DNA from: Phyllobates terribilis
Taxonomy: Eukaryota
Assembly (NCBI RefSeq): GCF_046119375.1
Contig: NW_027362767.1
Coordinates: 15,562,001 to 15,626,000 of the forward strand
Direction: 5' to 3'
Length of the DNA: 64,000 nt
The notes under the pieces were generated by a model. It saw only the letters and a program-made list of their open reading frames with translations. It was not told where the DNA came from and ran no database searches. The stretch's first letter is position 1. The number at the start of each line of letters is the position of its first letter. Position numbers and translations under genes: made by a program. This document shows, in pieces, positions 51,401 to 64,000 of the stretch.

Positions 51401-54400
51401 GCGCTGAAGAATACTGATCCACATGAGATACATGGGAGGGGAGGACGAGCGCTGCAGGATACTGATCCACATGAGATATATGGGAGGTGAGGACGAGCGC
51501 TGCAGGATACTGATCCACATGAGATACATGGGAGGTGAGGACGAGCGCTTCAGGGTACTGATCCACATGAGATATATGGGAGGTGATGACGAGCGCTGCA
51601 GGATACTGATCCACATGAGGGACATGGGAGGGGAGGACGAGCGCTGCAGTATACTGATCCACATGAGATACATGGGAGGTGAGGACGAGTGCTGCAGGGT
51701 ACTGATCCACATGAGATACATAGGAGGGGAGGACGAGCGCTGCAGGATACTGATCCACATGAGATATATGAGAGGTGAGGAAGAGCGCTGCAGAATACTG
51801 ATCCACATGAGAAACATGAGAGGGGAGGACGAGCGCTGCAGAATACTGATCCACATGAGATACATGGAAGGGGAGGACGAGATCTGCGGGATACTGATCC
51901 ACATGAGATATATGGGAGGGGAGGATGAGCGCTGCAGGGTACTGATCCACATGAGATACATGGGAGGTGAGGATGAGCGCTGCAGGATACTGATCCACAT
52001 GAGATACATGGGAGGTGAGGATGAGCGCTGCAGGATACTGATCCACATAAGATACATGGGAGGTGAGGACGAGCGCTGCAGAATACTGATCCACATGAGA
52101 TATATGAGAGGTGAGGACGAGCGCTGCAGAATACTGATCCACATGAGATATATGAGAGGTGAGGACGAGCGCTGCAGAATACTGATCCACATGAGATACA
52201 TGAGAGGGGAGGACGAGCGCTGCAGAATACTGATCCACATGAGATACATGGGAGGGGAGGACGAGATCTGCGGGATACTGATCCACATGAGATATATGGG
52301 AGGGGAGGACGAGATCTGCGGGATACTGATCCACATGAGATATATGGGAGGGGAGGACGAGCGCTGCAGGGTACTGATCCACATGAGATACATGGGAGGT
52401 GAGGATGAGCGCTGCAGGATACTGATCCACATGAGATAGATGGGAGGTGAGGATGAGCGCTGCAGGATACTGATCCACATGAGATACATGGGAGGTGAGG
52501 ACGAGCGCTGAAGAATACTGATCCACATGAGATACATGGGAGGGGAGGACGAGCGCTGCAGGATACTGATCCACATGAGATACATGGGAGGTGAGGACGA
52601 GCGCTTCAGGGTACTGATCCACATGAGATATATGGGAGGTGATGAGCGCTGCAGGATACTGATCCACATGAGGGACATGGGAGGGGAGGACGAGCGCTGC
52701 AGTATACTGATCCACATGAGATACATGGGAGGTGAGGACGAGTGCTGCAGGGTACTGATCCACATGAGATACATAGGAGGGGAGGACGAGCGCTGCAGGA
52801 TACTGATCCACATGAGATACACGGGAGGTGAGGACGTGCGCTGCAGGATACTGATCCACATGAGATACACGGGAGGTGAGGACGAGCGCTGCAGGATACT
52901 GATCCACATGAGTTACATGGGAGGGGAGGACGAGCGCTGCGGGGTACTGATCCACATGAGATACACGGGAGGTGAGAACGAGAGCTGCGGGATACTGATC
53001 CACATGAGATACATGGGAGGGGAGGACGAGCGCTGCAGGATACTGATCCACATGAGATACATGGGAGGTGAGGGCGAGCGCTGCGGGATACTGATCCACA
53101 TGAGATTTATTGGAGGTGAGGATGATCGCTGCAGGATACTGATCCACATGAGATACATGGGAAGTGAGGACGAGCGCTGCAGGATACTGATCCACATGAG
53201 ATACATGGGAGGGGAGGACGAGCGCTGCAGGATACTGATCCACATGAGATACATGGGAGGTGAGGACGAGCGCTGCAGGATACTGATCCACATGAGATAC
53301 ATGGGAGGTGAGGACGAGCTCTGCAGGATACTGATCCACATGAGATACATGGGAGGTGAGGACGAGCGCTGCAGGATACTGATCCACATGAGATACATGG
53401 GAGGTGAGGACGAGCGCTGCAGGGTACTGATCCACATGAGATATATGGGAGGTGAGGATGAGCGCTGCAGGATACTGATCCACATGAGAGACATGGGAGG
53501 GGAGGACGAGCGCTGCAGTATACTGATCCACATGAGAGACATGGGAGGGGAGGACGAGCGCTGCAGTATACTGATCCACATGAGATACAAGGGAGTTGAG
53601 GACGAGCGCTGCATTATACTGATCCACATGAGATACATGGGAGGAGAGGACGAGTGCTGCATGATACTGATCCACATGAGATACATGGGAGGAGAGGATG
53701 AGCGCTGCAGGATACTGATCCACATGAGATACATGGGAGGTGAGGACGAGCGCTGCAGGATACTGATGCACATGAGATACATGGGAGGTGAGAACGAGCG
53801 CTGCAGGATACTGATCCACATGAGATACATGGGAGGTGAGGACGAGCGCTGCCGGATACTGATCCACATGAGATACATGGGAGGAGAGGACGAGCACTGC
53901 AGGGTACTGATCCACATGAGATACATAGAAGGGGAGGACGAGCGCTGCAGGATACTGATCCACATGAGATACACGGGAGGTGAGGACGAGCGCTGCAGGA
54001 TACTGATCCACATGAGATACATGGGAGGTGAGGACGAGCGCTGCAGGATACTGATCCACATGAGATACATGGGAGGGGAGGACGAGCGCTGCAGGATACT
54101 GATCCACATGAGATACACGGGAGGTGAGGACGAGAGCTGCAGGATACTGATCCACATGAGATACATGGGAGGGGAGGACGAGCGCTGCAGGATACTGATC
54201 CACATGAGATACACGGGAGGTGAGGACGAGCGCTGCAGGATACTGATCCACATGAGATACACGGGAGGTGAGGACGAGCGCTGCAGGATACTGATCCACA
54301 TGAGATACATGGGAGGGGAGGACGAGCGCTGCGGGGTACTGATCCACATGAGATACACGGGACGTGAGGACGAGAGCTGCAGGATACTGATCCACATGAG

Positions 54401-57400
54401 ATACATGGGAGGGGAGGACGAGCGCTGCAGGATACTGATCCACATGAGATACATGGGAGGTGAGGACGAGCGCTGCAGGATACTGATCCACATGAGATAC
54501 ATGGGAGGGGAGGACGAGCGCTGCAGGATACTGATCCACATGAGATACATGGGAGGTGAGAACGAGCGCTGCAGAATACTGATCCACATGAGATACATGG
54601 GAGGTGAGGACGAGCTCTGCAGAATACTGATCCACATGAGAAACATGGGAGGGGAGGACGAGCGCTGCAGGATACTGATCCACATGAGATACATGGGAGG
54701 TGAGGACGAGCGCTGCAGGATACTGATCCACATGAGATACATGGGAGGGGAGGACGAGCGCTGCAGGATACTGATCCACATGAGATACATGGGAGGTGAG
54801 GACGAGCGCTGCAGGATACTGATCCACATGAGATACATGGGAGGTGAGGATGAGCGCTGCAGGATACTGATCCACATGAGATACATGGGAGGTGAGGACG
54901 AGCTCTGCAGAATACTGATCCACATGAGATACATGGGAGGTGAGGACAAGCGCTGCAGGATACTGATCCACATGAGATACATGGGAGGTGAGGACGAGCT
55001 CTGCAGAATACTGATCCACATGAGATACATGGGAGGTGAGGACGAGCGCTGCCGGATACTGATCCACATGAGATACATGGGAGGTGAGGACGAGCGCTGC
55101 CGGATACTGATCCACATGAGATACATGGGAGGTGAGGACGAGTGCTGCATGATACTGATCCACATGAGATACATGGGAGGGGAGGATGAGCGCTGCAGGA
55201 TACTGATCCACATGAGATACATGGGAGGTGAGGACGAGCGCTGCAGAATACTGCTCCACATGAGATACATGGGAGGTGAGGACGAGCTCTACAGAATACT
55301 GATCCACATGAGATACATGGGAGGTGAGGACGAGCGCTGCAGGATACTGATCCACATGAGATACATGGGAACGGAGGACGAGCGCTGCGGGATACTGATC
55401 CACATGAAATACATGGGAGGGGAGGACGAGCGCTGCAGGATACTGATCCTCATGAGATACATGGGAGGTGAGGACAAGCGCTGCAGAATACTGATCCACA
55501 TGAGATACATGGGAGGGGAGGACGAGCGCTGCAGGATACTGATCCACATGAGATACATGGGAGGTGAGGACGAGCGCTGCAGGATTCTGATCCACATGAG
55601 ATACATGGGAGGTGAGGACGAGCGCTGCAGGATACTGATCCATATGAGATACATGGGAGGTGAGGACGAGCACTGCAGGATACTGATCCACATGAGATAC
55701 ATGGGAGGTGAGGACGAGCGCTTCAGTATACTGATCCACATGAGATACATGGGAGGGAAGGACGAGCGCTGCGGGATACTGATCCACATGAAATACATGG
55801 GAGGGGAGGACGAGCGCTGCAGGATACTGATCCACATGAGATATATGGGAGGTAAGGACGAGCTCTGCAGAATACTGATCCACATGAGATACATGGGAGG
55901 TGAGGATGAGCGCTGCGGGATACTGATCCACATGAGATACATGGGAGGTGAGGACGAACGCTGCAGGATACTGATCCACATGAGATACATGGGAGGTGAG
56001 GACCAGCACTGCAGGATACTGATCCACATGAGATATATTGGAGGTGAGGTTGAGCGCTGCAGGATACTGATCCACATGAGATACATGGGAGGTGAGGACG
56101 AGCGCTGCAGGATACTGATCCACATGAGATACATGGGAGGCGAGGACCAGCGCTGCAGGATACTGATCCACATGAGATACATGGGAGGCGAGGACGAGCG
56201 CTGCGGGATACTGATCCACATGAGATACATGGGAGGTGAGGACGAGGGCTGCCGGATACTGATCCACATTAGATACATGAGAGGGGAGGACGAGCGCTGC
56301 AGGATACTGATCCACATGAGATACATGGGAGGGGAGGACGAGCGCTGAAGGATACTGATCCACATGAGATACACGGGAGGTGAGCACGAGCGCTGCAGGA
56401 TACTGATCCACATGAGATACATGGGAGGGGTGGACGAGCGCTGCAGGATACTGATCCTCATGAGATACATGGGAGGGGAGGACGAGCTCTGCGGGGTACT
56501 GATCCATATGAGATACACGGGAGGTGAGGACGAGCGCTGCAGTATACTGATCCACATGAGATACATGGGAGGGAAGGACGAGCGCAGCAGGATACTGATC
56601 CACATGAGATATATTGGAGGGGAGGACGAGCGCTGCAGGATACTGATCCACATGAGATACATGGGAGGTGAGGACGAGCGCTGCAGGATACTGATCCACA
56701 TGAGATACATGGGAGGTGAGGACGAGCGCTGCAGGATACTGATCCACATGAGATATATTGGACGGGTGGACGAGCGCTGCGGGATACTGATCCACATGAG
56801 ATACATGGGAGGTGAGGACGAGCGCTGCAGAATACTGATCCACATGAGATACATGGGAGGGGAGGATGAGCGCTGCAGGATACTGATCCACATGAGATAT
56901 ATGGGAGGGGAGGACGAGTGCTGCAGGGTCATGATCCACATGAGAAACATGGGAGGTGAGGACGAGCGCTGCAGGGTACTGATCCACATGAGATATATTG
57001 GAGATAAGGACGAGCGCTGCAGGATACTGATCCACATGAGATACATGGGAGGTGAGGAGTAGCGCTGCAGGATACTGATCCACATGAGATACATGGGAGG
57101 TGAGGACGAGCGCTGCAGGATACTGATCCACATGAGATACATGGGAGGTGAGGACGAGCGCTGCAGGATACTGATCCACATGAGCTATATGGAAGGGGAG
57201 GACGAGCACTGCAGAATACTGATCCACATGAGATACATGGGAGGTGAGGACAAGCGCTGCCGGATACTGATCCACGTGAGATACATGGGAGGTGAGGACG
57301 AGCGCTGCAGGATACTGATCCACGTGAGATACATGGGAGGGGAGGACTAGCGCTGCAGGATACTGATCCACATGAGATACATGGGAGGTGAGGATGAGCG

Positions 57401-60400
57401 CTGCAGGATACTGATCCACATAAAATACATGGGAGGGGAGGACGAGCGCTGCAGGATACTGATCCACATGAGATATATGGGAGGGGAGGACGAGCGCTGC
57501 GGGATACTGATCCACATGAGATATATGGGAGGGGACGACGAGCGCTGCGGGATACTGATCCACATGAGATACATGGGAGGGGAGGACGAGCGCTGCAGGA
57601 TACTGATCCACATGAGATATATTGGAGGGGAGGACGAGCGCTGCAGGATACTGATCCACATGAGATATATTGGTTGTGAGGACTAGCGCTGCCGGATACT
57701 GATCCACATGAGATATATGGGAGGGGAGGACGAGCGCTGCAGGATAACTGATCCACATGAGATACATGGGAGGTGAGGACGAGCTCTGCAGGGTACTGAT
57801 CCACATGAGATATATTGGAGTTGAGGACGAGCGCTGCAGGATACTGATCCACATGACATACATGGGAGGGGAAGACGAGCGCTGCAGGATACTGATCCAC
57901 ATGAGATACACGGGAGGTGAGGACGAGCGCTGCAGGATACTGATCCACATTAGATACACGGGAGGTGAGGACGAGCGCTGAAGGATACTGATCCATATGA
58001 GATACATGGGAGGGGAGGACGAGCGCTGCGGGGTACTGATCCACATGAGATACACGGGAGGTGAGGACGAGAGCTGCAGGATACTGATCCACATGAGATA
58101 CATGGGAGGGGAGGACGAGCTCTGCAGGATACTGATCCACATGAGATACATGGGAGGTGAGGACGAGCGCTGCAGGATACAGATCCACATGAGATATATG
58201 GGAGGTGAGGACGAGCGCTGCAGAATACTGATCCACATGAGATACATAGGAGGTGAGGACGAGCTCTGCAGAATACTGATCCACATGAGAAACATGGGAG
58301 GTGAGGACGAGCGCTGCAGGATACTGATCCACATGAGATATATGGGAGGTGTGGACGAGCGCTGCGGGATACTGATCCACATGAGATATATTGGAGGTGA
58401 GGATGAGCGCTGCAGGATACTGATCCACATGAGATACATGGGAGGTGAGGACGACCGCTGCAGGATACTGATCCACATGAGATACATGGGAGGGGAGGAC
58501 GAGCGCTGCAGGATACTGATCCACATGAGATACATGGGAGGTGAGGACGAGCGCTGCAGGATACTGATCCACATGAGATACATGGGAGGTGAGGATGAGC
58601 GCTGCAGGATACTGATCCACATGAGATACATGGGAGGTGAGGACGAGCTCTGCAGAATACTGATCCACATGAGATACATGGGAGGTGAGGACAAGCGCTG
58701 CAGGATACTGATCCACATGAGATACATGGGAGGTGAGGACGAGCTCTGCAGAATACTGATCCACATGAGATACATGGGAGGTGAGGACGAGCGCTGCCGG
58801 ATACTGATCCACATGAGATACATGGGAGGTGAGGACGAGCGCTGCCGGATACTGATCCACATGAGATACATGGGAGGTGAGGACGAGTGCTGCATGATAC
58901 TGATCCACATGAGATACATGGGAGGGGAGGATGAGCGCTGCAGGATACTGATCCACATGAGATACATGGGAGGTGAGGACGAGCGCTGCAGGATACTGCT
59001 CCACAGAGATACATGGGAGGTGAGGACGAGCTCTACAGAATACTGATCCACATGAGATACATGGGAGGTGAGGACGAGCGCTGCAGGATACTGATCCACA
59101 TGAGATACATGGGAACGGAGGATGAGCGCTGCGGGATACTGATCCACATGAAATACATGGGAGGGGAGGACGAGCGCTGCAGGATACTGATCCTCATGAG
59201 ATACATGGGAGGTGAGGACGAGCGCTGCAGAATACTGATCCACATGAGATACATGGGAGGGGAGGACGAGCGCTGCAGGATACTGATCCACATGAGATAC
59301 ATGGGAGGTGAGGACGAGCGCTGCAGGATTCTGATCCACATGAGATACATGGGAGGTGAGGACGAGCGCTGCAGGATACTGATCCATATGAGATACATGG
59401 GAGGTGAGGACGAGCACTGCAGGATACTGATCCACATGAGATACATGGGAGGTGAGGACGAGCGCTTCAGTATACTGATCCACATGAGATACATGGGAGG
59501 GAAGGACGAGCGCTGCGGGATACTGATCCACATGAAATACATGGGAGGGGAGGACGAGCGCTGCAGGATACTGATCCACATGAGATATATGGGAGGTAAG
59601 GACGAGCTCTGCAGAATACTGATCCACATGAGATACATGGGAGGTGAGGATGAGCGCTGCGGGATACTGATCCACATGAGATACATGGGAGGTGAGGACG
59701 AACGCTGCAGGATACTGATCCACATGAGATACATGGGAGGTGAGGACCAGCACTGCAGGATACTGATCCACATGAGATATATTGGAGGTGAGGTTGAGCG
59801 CTGCAGGATACTGATCCACATGAGATACATGGGAGGTGAGGACGAGCGCTGCAGGATACTGATCCACATGAGATACATGGGAGGCGAGGACCAGCGCTGC
59901 AGGATACTGATCCACATGAGATACATGGGAGGCGAGGACGAGCGCTGCGGGATACTGATCCACATGAGATACATGGGAGGTGAGGACGAGGGCTGCCGGA
60001 TACTGATCCACATTAGATACATGAGAGGGGAGGACGAGCGCTGCAGGATACTGATCCACATGAGATACATGGGAGGGGAGGACGAGCGCTGAAGGATACT
60101 GATCCACATGAGATACACGGGAGGTGAGCACGAGCGCTGCAGGATACTGATCCACATGAGATACATGGGAGGGGTGGACGAGCGCTGCAGGATACTGATC
60201 CTCATGAGATACATGGGAGGGGAGGACGAGCTCTGCGGGGTACTGATCCACATGAGATACACGGGAGGTGAGGACGAGCGCTGCAGTATACTGATCCACA
60301 TGAGATACATGGGAGGGAAGGACGAGCGCAGCAGGATACTGATCCACATGAGATATATTGGAGGGGAGGACGAGCGCTGCAGGATACTGATCCACATGAG

Positions 60401-63400
60401 ATACATGGGAGGTGAGGACGAGCGCTGCAGGATACTGATCCACATGAGATACATGGGAGGTGAGGACGAGCGCTGCAGGATACTGATCCACATGAGATAT
60501 ATTGGACGGGTGGACGAGCGCTGCGGGATACTGATCCACATGAGATACATGGGAGGTGAGGACGAGCGCTGCAGAATACTGATCCACATGAGATACATGG
60601 GAGGGGAGGATGAGCGCTGCAGGATACTGATCCACATGAAATATATGGGAGGGGAGGACGAGTGCTGCAGGGTCATGATCCACATGAGAAACATGGGAGG
60701 TGAGGACGAGCGCTGCAGGGTACTGATCCACATGAGATATATTGGAGATAAGGACGAGCGCTGCAGGATACTGATCCACATGAGATACATGGGAGGTGAG
60801 GAGTAGCGCTGCAGGATACTGATCCACATGAGATACATGGGAGGTGAGGACGAGCGCTGCAGGATACTGATCCACATGAGATACATGGGAGGTGAGGACG
60901 AGCACTGCAGGATACTGATCCACATGAGCTATATGGGAGGGGAGGACGAGCACTGCAGAATACTGATCCACATGAGATACATGGGAGGTGAGGACAAGCG
61001 CTGCCGGATACTGATCCACGTGAGATACATGGGAGGTGAGGACGAGCACTGCAGGATACTGATCCACGTGAGATACATGGGAGGGGAGGACTAGCGCTGC
61101 AGGATACTGATCCACATGAGATACATGGGAGGTGAGGATGAGCGCTGCAGGATACTGATCCACATAAAATACATGGGAGGGGAGGACGAGCGCTGCAGGA
61201 TACTGATCCACATGAGATATATGGGAGGGGAGGACGAGCGCTGCGGGATACTGATCCACATGAGATATATGGGAGGGGAGGACGAGCGCTGCGGGATACT
61301 GATCCACATGAGATACATGGGAGGGGAGGACGAGCGCTGCAGGATACTGATCCACATGAGATATATTGGAGGGGAGAACGAGCGCTGCAGGATACTGATC
61401 CACATGAGATATATTGGTTGTGAGGACTAGCGCTGCCGGATACTGATCCACATGAGATATATGGGAGGGGAGGACGAGCGCTGCAGGATAACTGATCCAC
61501 ATGAGATACATGGGAGGTGAGGACGAGCTCTGCAGGGTACTGATCCACATGAGATATATTGGAGTTGAGGACGAGCGCTGCAGGATACTGATCCACATGA
61601 CATACATGGGAGGGGAAGACGAGCGCTGCAGGATACTGATCCACATGAGATACACGGGAGGTGAGGACGAGCGCTGCAGGATACTGATCCACATTAGATA
61701 CACGGGAGGTGAGGACGAGCGCTGAAGGATACTGATCCATATGAGATACATGGGAGGGGAGGACGAGCGCTGCGGGGTACTGATCCACATGAGATACACG
61801 GGAGGTGAGGACGAGAGCTGCAGGATACTGATCCACATGAGATACATGGGAGGGGAGGACGAGCTCTGCAGGATACTGATCCACATGAGATACATGGGAG
61901 GTGAGGACGAGCGCTGCAGGATACAGATCCACATGAGATACATGGGAGGTGAGGACGAGCGCTGCAGAATACTGATCCACATGAGATACATGGGAGGTGA
62001 GGACGAGCTCTGCAGAATACTGATCCACATGAGAAACATGGGAGGTGAGGACGAGCGCTGCAGGATACTGATCCACATGAGATATATGGGAGGTGTGGAC
62101 GAGCGCTGCAGGATACTGATCCACATAAAATACATGGGAGGGGAGGACGAGCGCTGCATGATACTGATCCACATGAGATATATGGGAGGGGAGGACGAGC
62201 GCTGCGGGATACTGATCCACATGAGATATATGGGAGGGGAGGACGAGCGCTGCGGGATACTGATCCACATGAGATACATGGGAGGGGAGGACGAGCGCTG
62301 CAGGATACTGATCCACATGAGATATATTGGAGGGGAGGACGAGCGCTGCAGGATACTGATCCACATGAGATATATTGGTTGTGAGGTCTAGCGCTGCCGG
62401 ATACTGATCCACATGAGATATATGGGAGGGGAGGACGAGCGCTGCAGGATAACTGATCCACATGAGATACATGGGAGGTGAGGACGAGCTCTGCAGGGTA
62501 CTGATCCACATGAGATATATTGGAGTTGAGGACGAGCGCTGCAGGATACTGATCCACATGACATACATGGGAGGGGAAGACGAGCGCTGCAGGATACTGA
62601 TCCACATGAGATACACGGGAGGTGAGGACGAGCGCTGCAGGATACTGATCCACATTAGATACACGGGAGGTGAGGACGAGCGCTGAAGGATACTGATCCA
62701 TATGAGATACATGGGAGGGGAGGACGAGCGCTGCAGGGTACTGATCCACATGAGATACACGGGAGGTGAGGACGAGAGCTGCAGGATACTGATCCACATG
62801 AGATACATGGGAGGGGAGGACGAGCTCTGCAGGATACTGATCCACATGAGATACATGGGAGGTGAGGACGAGCGCTGCAGGATACAGATCCACATGAGAT
62901 ACATGGGAGGTGAGGACGAGCGCTGCAGAATACTGATCCACATGAGATACATGGGAGGTGAGGACGAGCTCTGCAGAATACTGATCCACATGAGAAACAT
63001 GGGAGGTGAGGACGAGCGCTGCAGGATACTGATCCACATGAGATATATGGGAGGTGTGGACGAGCGCTGCGGGATACTGATCCACATGAGATATATTGGA
63101 GGTGAGGATGAGCGCTGCAGGATACTGATCCACATGAGATACATGGGAGGTGAGGACGACCGCTGCAGGATACTGATCCACATGAGATACATGGGAGGGG
63201 AGGACGAGCGCTGCAGGATACTGATCCACATGAGATACATGGGAGGTGAGGACGAGCGCTGCAGGATACTGATCCACATGAGATACATGGGAGGTGAGGA
63301 TGAGCGCTGCAGGATACTGATCCACACGAGATACATGGGAGGTGAGGACGAGCTCTGCAGAATACTGATCCACATGAGATACATGGGAGGTGAGGACAAG

Positions 63401-64000
63401 CGCTGCAGGATACTGATCCACATGAGATACATGGGAGGTGAGGACGAGCTCTGCAGAATACTGATCCACATGAGATACATGGGAGGTGAGGACGAGCGCT
63501 GCCGGATACTGATCCACATGAGATACATGGGAGGTGAGGACGAGCGCTGCCGGATACTGATCCACATGAGATACATGGGAGGTGAGGACGAGTGCTGCAT
63601 GATACTGATCCACATGAGATACATGGGAGGGGAGGATGAGCGCTGCAGGATACTGATCCACATGAGATACATGGGAGGTGAGGACGAGCGCTGCAGGATA
63701 CTGATCCACATGAGATACATGGGAGGTGAGGACGAGCTCTACAGAATACTGATCCACATGAAATACATGGGAGGTGAGGACGAGCGCTGCAGGATACTGA
63801 TCCACATGAGATACATGGGAACGGAGGACGAGCGCTGCGGGATACTGATCCACATGAAATACATGGGAGGGGAGGACGAGCGCTGCAGGATACTGATCCA
63901 CATGAGATACATGGGAGGTGAGGACGAGCGCTGCAGAATACTGATCCACATGAGATACATGGGAGGGGAGGACGAGCGCTGCAGGATACTGATCCACATG
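24492..64000. repeat. Giant 48-bp satellite (GAGGACGAGCGCTGCAGGATACTGATCCACATGAGATACATGGGAGGT), at least about 820 units, in FAM161B intron 4; open-ended to the right
   Basis: Uninterrupted 48-bp period to the window end, with rare 39/45/46/47/49-bp variant units. The consensus unit has PstI, AfeI and Sau3AI sites. Confidence 0.98.

Noticed and set aside
45462-62366. 5634-aa minus-strand ORF and the many other (SHVDQYPAALVLTSHV)n, (MWISILQRSSSPPMYL)n and (MRYMGGEDERCRILIH)n ORFs
   Set aside because: A 48-bp unit is a multiple of 3 and stop-free in three frames. The ORFs switch frame at indel units, overlap on both strands, have no unique domains, and stop-creating variants are freely propagated by duplication.
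24492-64000. CRISPR-like regular array
   Set aside because: No unique spacers, head-to-tail monomers, no cas genes, and a spliced vertebrate gene context.

Overview
Vertebrate genomic DNA, most likely from a frog given the TTAA-AGG T2/Kolobok-type MITE. About 90% of the window is GC-rich tandem repeat. The only recognisable gene is the 5' part of FAM161B on the + strand: a CpG-rich promoter with RFX X-box, CCAAT, CRE and GC-box motifs (about 11.6-11.8 kb), a probable non-coding exon 1, and three coding exons (18272-18417, 23540-24003, 24086-24420; 315 codons, splice phases 2/1/0 all consistent). Each large intron is inflated by its own minisatellite. Intron 4 is a 48-bp satellite of at least 39.5 kb (about 820 units) that runs off the window and shows nested multi-kb duplications and two sequence domains. 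Two fold-back MITEs and an inverted pair of degenerate hammerhead-like (Penelope-type) motifs lie between the arrays. Nearly all long ORFs in the track, including the 5634-aa one, are translation artefacts of stop-free repeat units. I found no convincing novel protein-coding system; the interesting biology is repeat architecture, splicing and promoter context.
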